From an uncultured Chloroflexia bacterium (lineage in GTDB: Bacteria > Chloroflexota > Anaerolineae > CG2-30-64-16): a stretch of DNA of 64,000 nt. The position numbers and the translations under genes are program-made. Shown in pieces: positions 61,652 through 64,000 of the stretch. Below the pieces are notes generated by a model that searched no databases, was not told the origin of the DNA, and saw only the letters and a program-made list of their open reading frames with translations. Positions within the stretch are counted from its first letter, which is position 1; the number at the start of each line of letters is the position of its first letter. The stretch is taken from the NCBI GenBank assembly GCA_963774265.1, contig CAVZDU010000001.1:384001-448000 (forward strand), written 5' to 3'.

Positions 61652-61718
61652 TATAGCGACCGAGAAAACAGTCCTGCCGACTGCGCGGCACCCTGTGGGC
61701 AAGAGAGGGTTGGAGACC

Positions 61719-63134
61719 GTGCTTATCTACGAAGCACTCAGAATTCGGAAGGGTGATGTCATCTCCCTCGTTGGCGGCGGGGGCAAGACAACCATGATGT
61801 TCCGCCTTGCCGATGAGCTGACTGCGGCCGGCCTGAAAGTGGTTACCACGATGACCACCAAGATATTTGTCGGTCAGATGTCCCGCGCACCGGCGCGCGT
61901 GGTGTTGCAGGGCGAAGGCGCACTTCTGGCGCAACTCCCGGGATTACTGGCGGACCACAACCACGTGCTGGTTGCCGGCAGCACCCTGGTCGAACAAGAC
62001 AAGGTGCAGGGCCTGGATCCCGCCCTGGTTGATCGCATCGCTGCCCATCCTGCCGTCGATGCAGTGGTGATCGAGGCCGACGGGTCGCGACGCCTGCCGT
62101 TCAAGGCTCCTGCACCCCACGAGCCGGTGATCCCCCCGGGTGCGACCGTCGTCGTGCCAACGGTCGGGCTGGACATCTTGGGTCGTCCGCTGACGGCAGA
62201 GTATGTTCATCGCCCAGACCGGGTTGCGGCGCTCACCGGCGCCAACCTTGGCGATCCCGTCACACCCACCATGATCGCGGCGGTGCTGGCGCATCCCGAT
62301 GGCGGCAGCAAAGCCGTCCCCGCGTCAGCGCGCCTGATCCCGTTCCTGAACAAAGTCGAGGATGAAGCCACGCTGGTCTCGGCGCGCGAAATCGCCCGGC
62401 TGCTCCTGCACGCCTTCGGCACTCCCATTGGGACGATTCCCGGTCCGCGCATCGACAGCGTGGTGATCGGGGCGGCGCTGGCCGCGAACCCTGTGGCCGA
62501 GGTCTGGGGTCGTGTCGCCGCAGTGGTGCTGGCCGCTGGTCAGGCGAAACGGTTCGGACTGCTGAAACAGGTGCTGCCCTGGCACGGTACGCCACTTGTG
62601 GCTAACGTCGCACAACAGGCGCTAAGCTGTCCTGATGTCCACCACGTCGTCGTAACGACAGGCGCCGAGGGCCAGCAGGTACGCGCCGCCCTGGAGACGT
62701 GTGCCGCCGACCCCCACCTCACCATAGTCGATGTCTTCGATTGGGCCGACGGCCAAAGCCACAGCGTACGCGCCGGTTTGCAGGCTGCCCAAGATAGCGC
62801 TGGGGCAGCGATTACTGGCGTGCTATTCCTCCTGGCCGACCAACCGGGCGTCTCATCAGCGCTGTTGTCCGCTCTTGTGCAACGCCACCGCGAGACATTG
62901 GCGCCAGTTGTTGCGCCACGCCATGAGGGCCAGCGCGGCAACCCCGTGCTCTTTGACCGTCGTACGTTTGCCGAATTTGGCGCACTCACAGGTGACGTGG
63001 GCGCACGCTCAATCATTCGCCGCCATGAGGATGCGATCGCCTGGGTGGATTGGCCGTCCGCCGAAATCCTGAAGGATATTGATACCCCGGATGCCTATGC
63101 CGCCGCGCAATCTGAAACTCGGCCGGCGCCTTAA
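61719..63134 (+). CDS. yqeC: YqeC-MocA fusion (selenium-dependent Mo-hydroxylase accessory protein plus nucleotidyltransferase)
   Basis: SLVGGGGKTT, TMTTKI, IEADGSRRLPFKAP..HEP, then VLAAGQAKRFG..K, LADQP, GNPVLF, DIDTP. Confidence 0.85.
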   Translation: MLIYEALRIRKGDVISLVGGGGKTTMMFRLADELTAAGLKVVTTMTTKIFVGQMSRAPARVVLQGEGALLAQLPGLLADHNHVLVAGSTLVEQDKVQGLDPALVDRIAAHPAVDAVVIEADGSRRLPFKAPAPHEPVIPPGATVVVPTVGLDILGRPLTAEYVHRPDRVAALTGANLGDPVTPTMIAAVLAHPDGGSKAVPASARLIPFLNKVEDEATLVSAREIARLLLHAFGTPIGTIPGPRIDSVVIGAALAANPVAEVWGRVAAVVLAAGQAKRFGLLKQVLPWHGTPLVANVAQQALSCPDVHHVVVTTGAEGQQVRAALETCAADPHLTIVDVFDWADGQSHSVRAGLQAAQDSAGAAITGVLFLLADQPGVSSALLSALVQRHRETLAPVVAPRHEGQRGNPVLFDRRTFAEFGALTGDVGARSIIRRHEDAIAWVDWPSAEILKDIDTPDAYAAAQSETRPAP

Positions 63135-63886
63135 GTGCTTTGAGGGTGAACCGATTTCGCGCGCGTCGAAATGAAGCGAAGGCCGAAAAGGGCCAGAATC
63201 GCTAGAGCGAGGCCTAAAACCTGTCCCAACCTTAAGCCGCTGAACGCCGTCGCCGTTACATCCGCCGACCGGAACGCCTCCACAAACCAGAGCGTCAACC
63301 CGTAGCCCAACAACGCCGTCAGCGCAGGAGCTCCCCCTCGGCTGCCCAACCGAATGAGGTGGACAACATAGGCCGCCACCGCGGCGAGCGCGATCATCTC
63401 GTAGATCTGCACCGGATGCCGCTCGACGCCCCACAAAGTCACTGACCACGGCAGATTCGCTGGCGCGCCAGGATTCCGGCCCGTCAACAGCGCGCCGATC
63501 GCCGCTACGGCGAGACCTGCAAGCAGCCCGGGCGCGAAGGCGTCGAGCATTGCGATCAGCGGAAGCCTCCGCCGGTAGATGTACCATCCCGCGACGGCGA
63601 TCGCGGCAAGCATGCCCGGCCACAGCAGAAAGGCCGAGGTGTTGAACCCGAAAATCTCAAGCGGCTGTGAGCGGTAAGACGGCCAAAAGACCAGCACATG
63701 GGCAAATCGTCCCACAATCACGCCGGCCAGTAGGCCATATAGTCCAGCATTGTAGATATGATCGCCATCCAGCGCGAGCCATTTGGCCGCGCGTGCACCC
63801 ACCGCCAGGGCGACCCATCCCGCCAAAACGAGGGCCAGCGGATAGGTCTGGATGGCAAAGGGACCGCTTTGAAGCACAGGCAACAT
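63131..63886 (-). CDS. Prolipoprotein diacylglyceryl transferase (Lgt)-like membrane protein
   Basis: G.....Y, GRFAHV, LD..AP, LPW, RHPVQIYE, FVEAFR; divergent from canonical Lgt. Confidence 0.7.
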   Translation of the reverse strand: MLPVLQSGPFAIQTYPLALVLAGWVALAVGARAAKWLALDGDHIYNAGLYGLLAGVIVGRFAHVLVFWPSYRSQPLEIFGFNTSAFLLWPGMLAAIAVAGWYIYRRRLPLIAMLDAFAPGLLAGLAVAAIGALLTGRNPGAPANLPWSVTLWGVERHPVQIYEMIALAAVAAYVVHLIRLGSRGGAPALTALLGYGLTLWFVEAFRSADVTATAFSGLRLGQVLGLALAILALFGLRFISTRAKSVHPQST

Positions 63887-63895
63887 GGGTAAATC

Positions 63896-64000
63896 CTACG
63901 GGTAAACCGAACGAAGCCGCTGGGACAACGTCGCTTCAGTGAGCGGACCGACCTGCATTTGGCGGACCACTCCCGCTCGGTCGATAAAAAAAGTCGTGGG
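63896..64000 (-). CDS. TlpA/redoxin-family thioredoxin-like protein, C-terminal fragment
   Basis: Reverse strand reads PTTFFIDRAGVVRQMQVGPLTEATLSQRLRSVYP-stop; truncated by window edge. Confidence 0.75.
   Translation of the reverse strand, partial: PTTFFIDRAGVVRQMQVGPLTEATLSQRLRSVYP

Overview
High-GC bacterial chromosomal segment. Pro/Ala/Thr-rich lipoprotein linkers, a GT39 membrane protein and the anaerobic gene content suggest Chloroflexota/Anaerolineae (inference). Content: (1) 1-10.6 kb, a myo-inositol operon of the Thermotoga IolG-IolM-IolN-IolO type plus IolI, whose ABC binding lipoprotein has three near-identical tandem domains; (2) 10.6-17.6 kb, adenine deaminase divergent from a BMP-type purine/nucleoside ABC transporter; (3) an Lhr helicase divergent from PFOR (nifJ) plus a DHODH-like gene; (4) 27.9-54.4 kb, a co-oriented anaerobic purine/urate catabolic cluster (second BMP ABC system, GntR, two Mo-hydroxylases, YgeY, two different carbamoyltransferases, carbamate kinase, two PLP enzymes, YgfK, SsnA) with no recognisable hyuA or dpaL; (5) nitroreductase, methyltransferase, GT39, GGT, RsmF-like, YqeC-MocA fusion, Lgt-like and a TlpA fragment. 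The most striking non-gene signal is at least seven families of 15-100 bp palindromic mini-elements. They fill intergenic spacers and also sit in frame inside otherwise intact enzyme genes, often with tandemly amplified ends. Many single-base frameshifts at 4-9, 23-31 and 43 kb look like long-read consensus errors. No rRNA, tRNA, CRISPR or transposase was recognised. All family calls come from motif recognition, without database searches.
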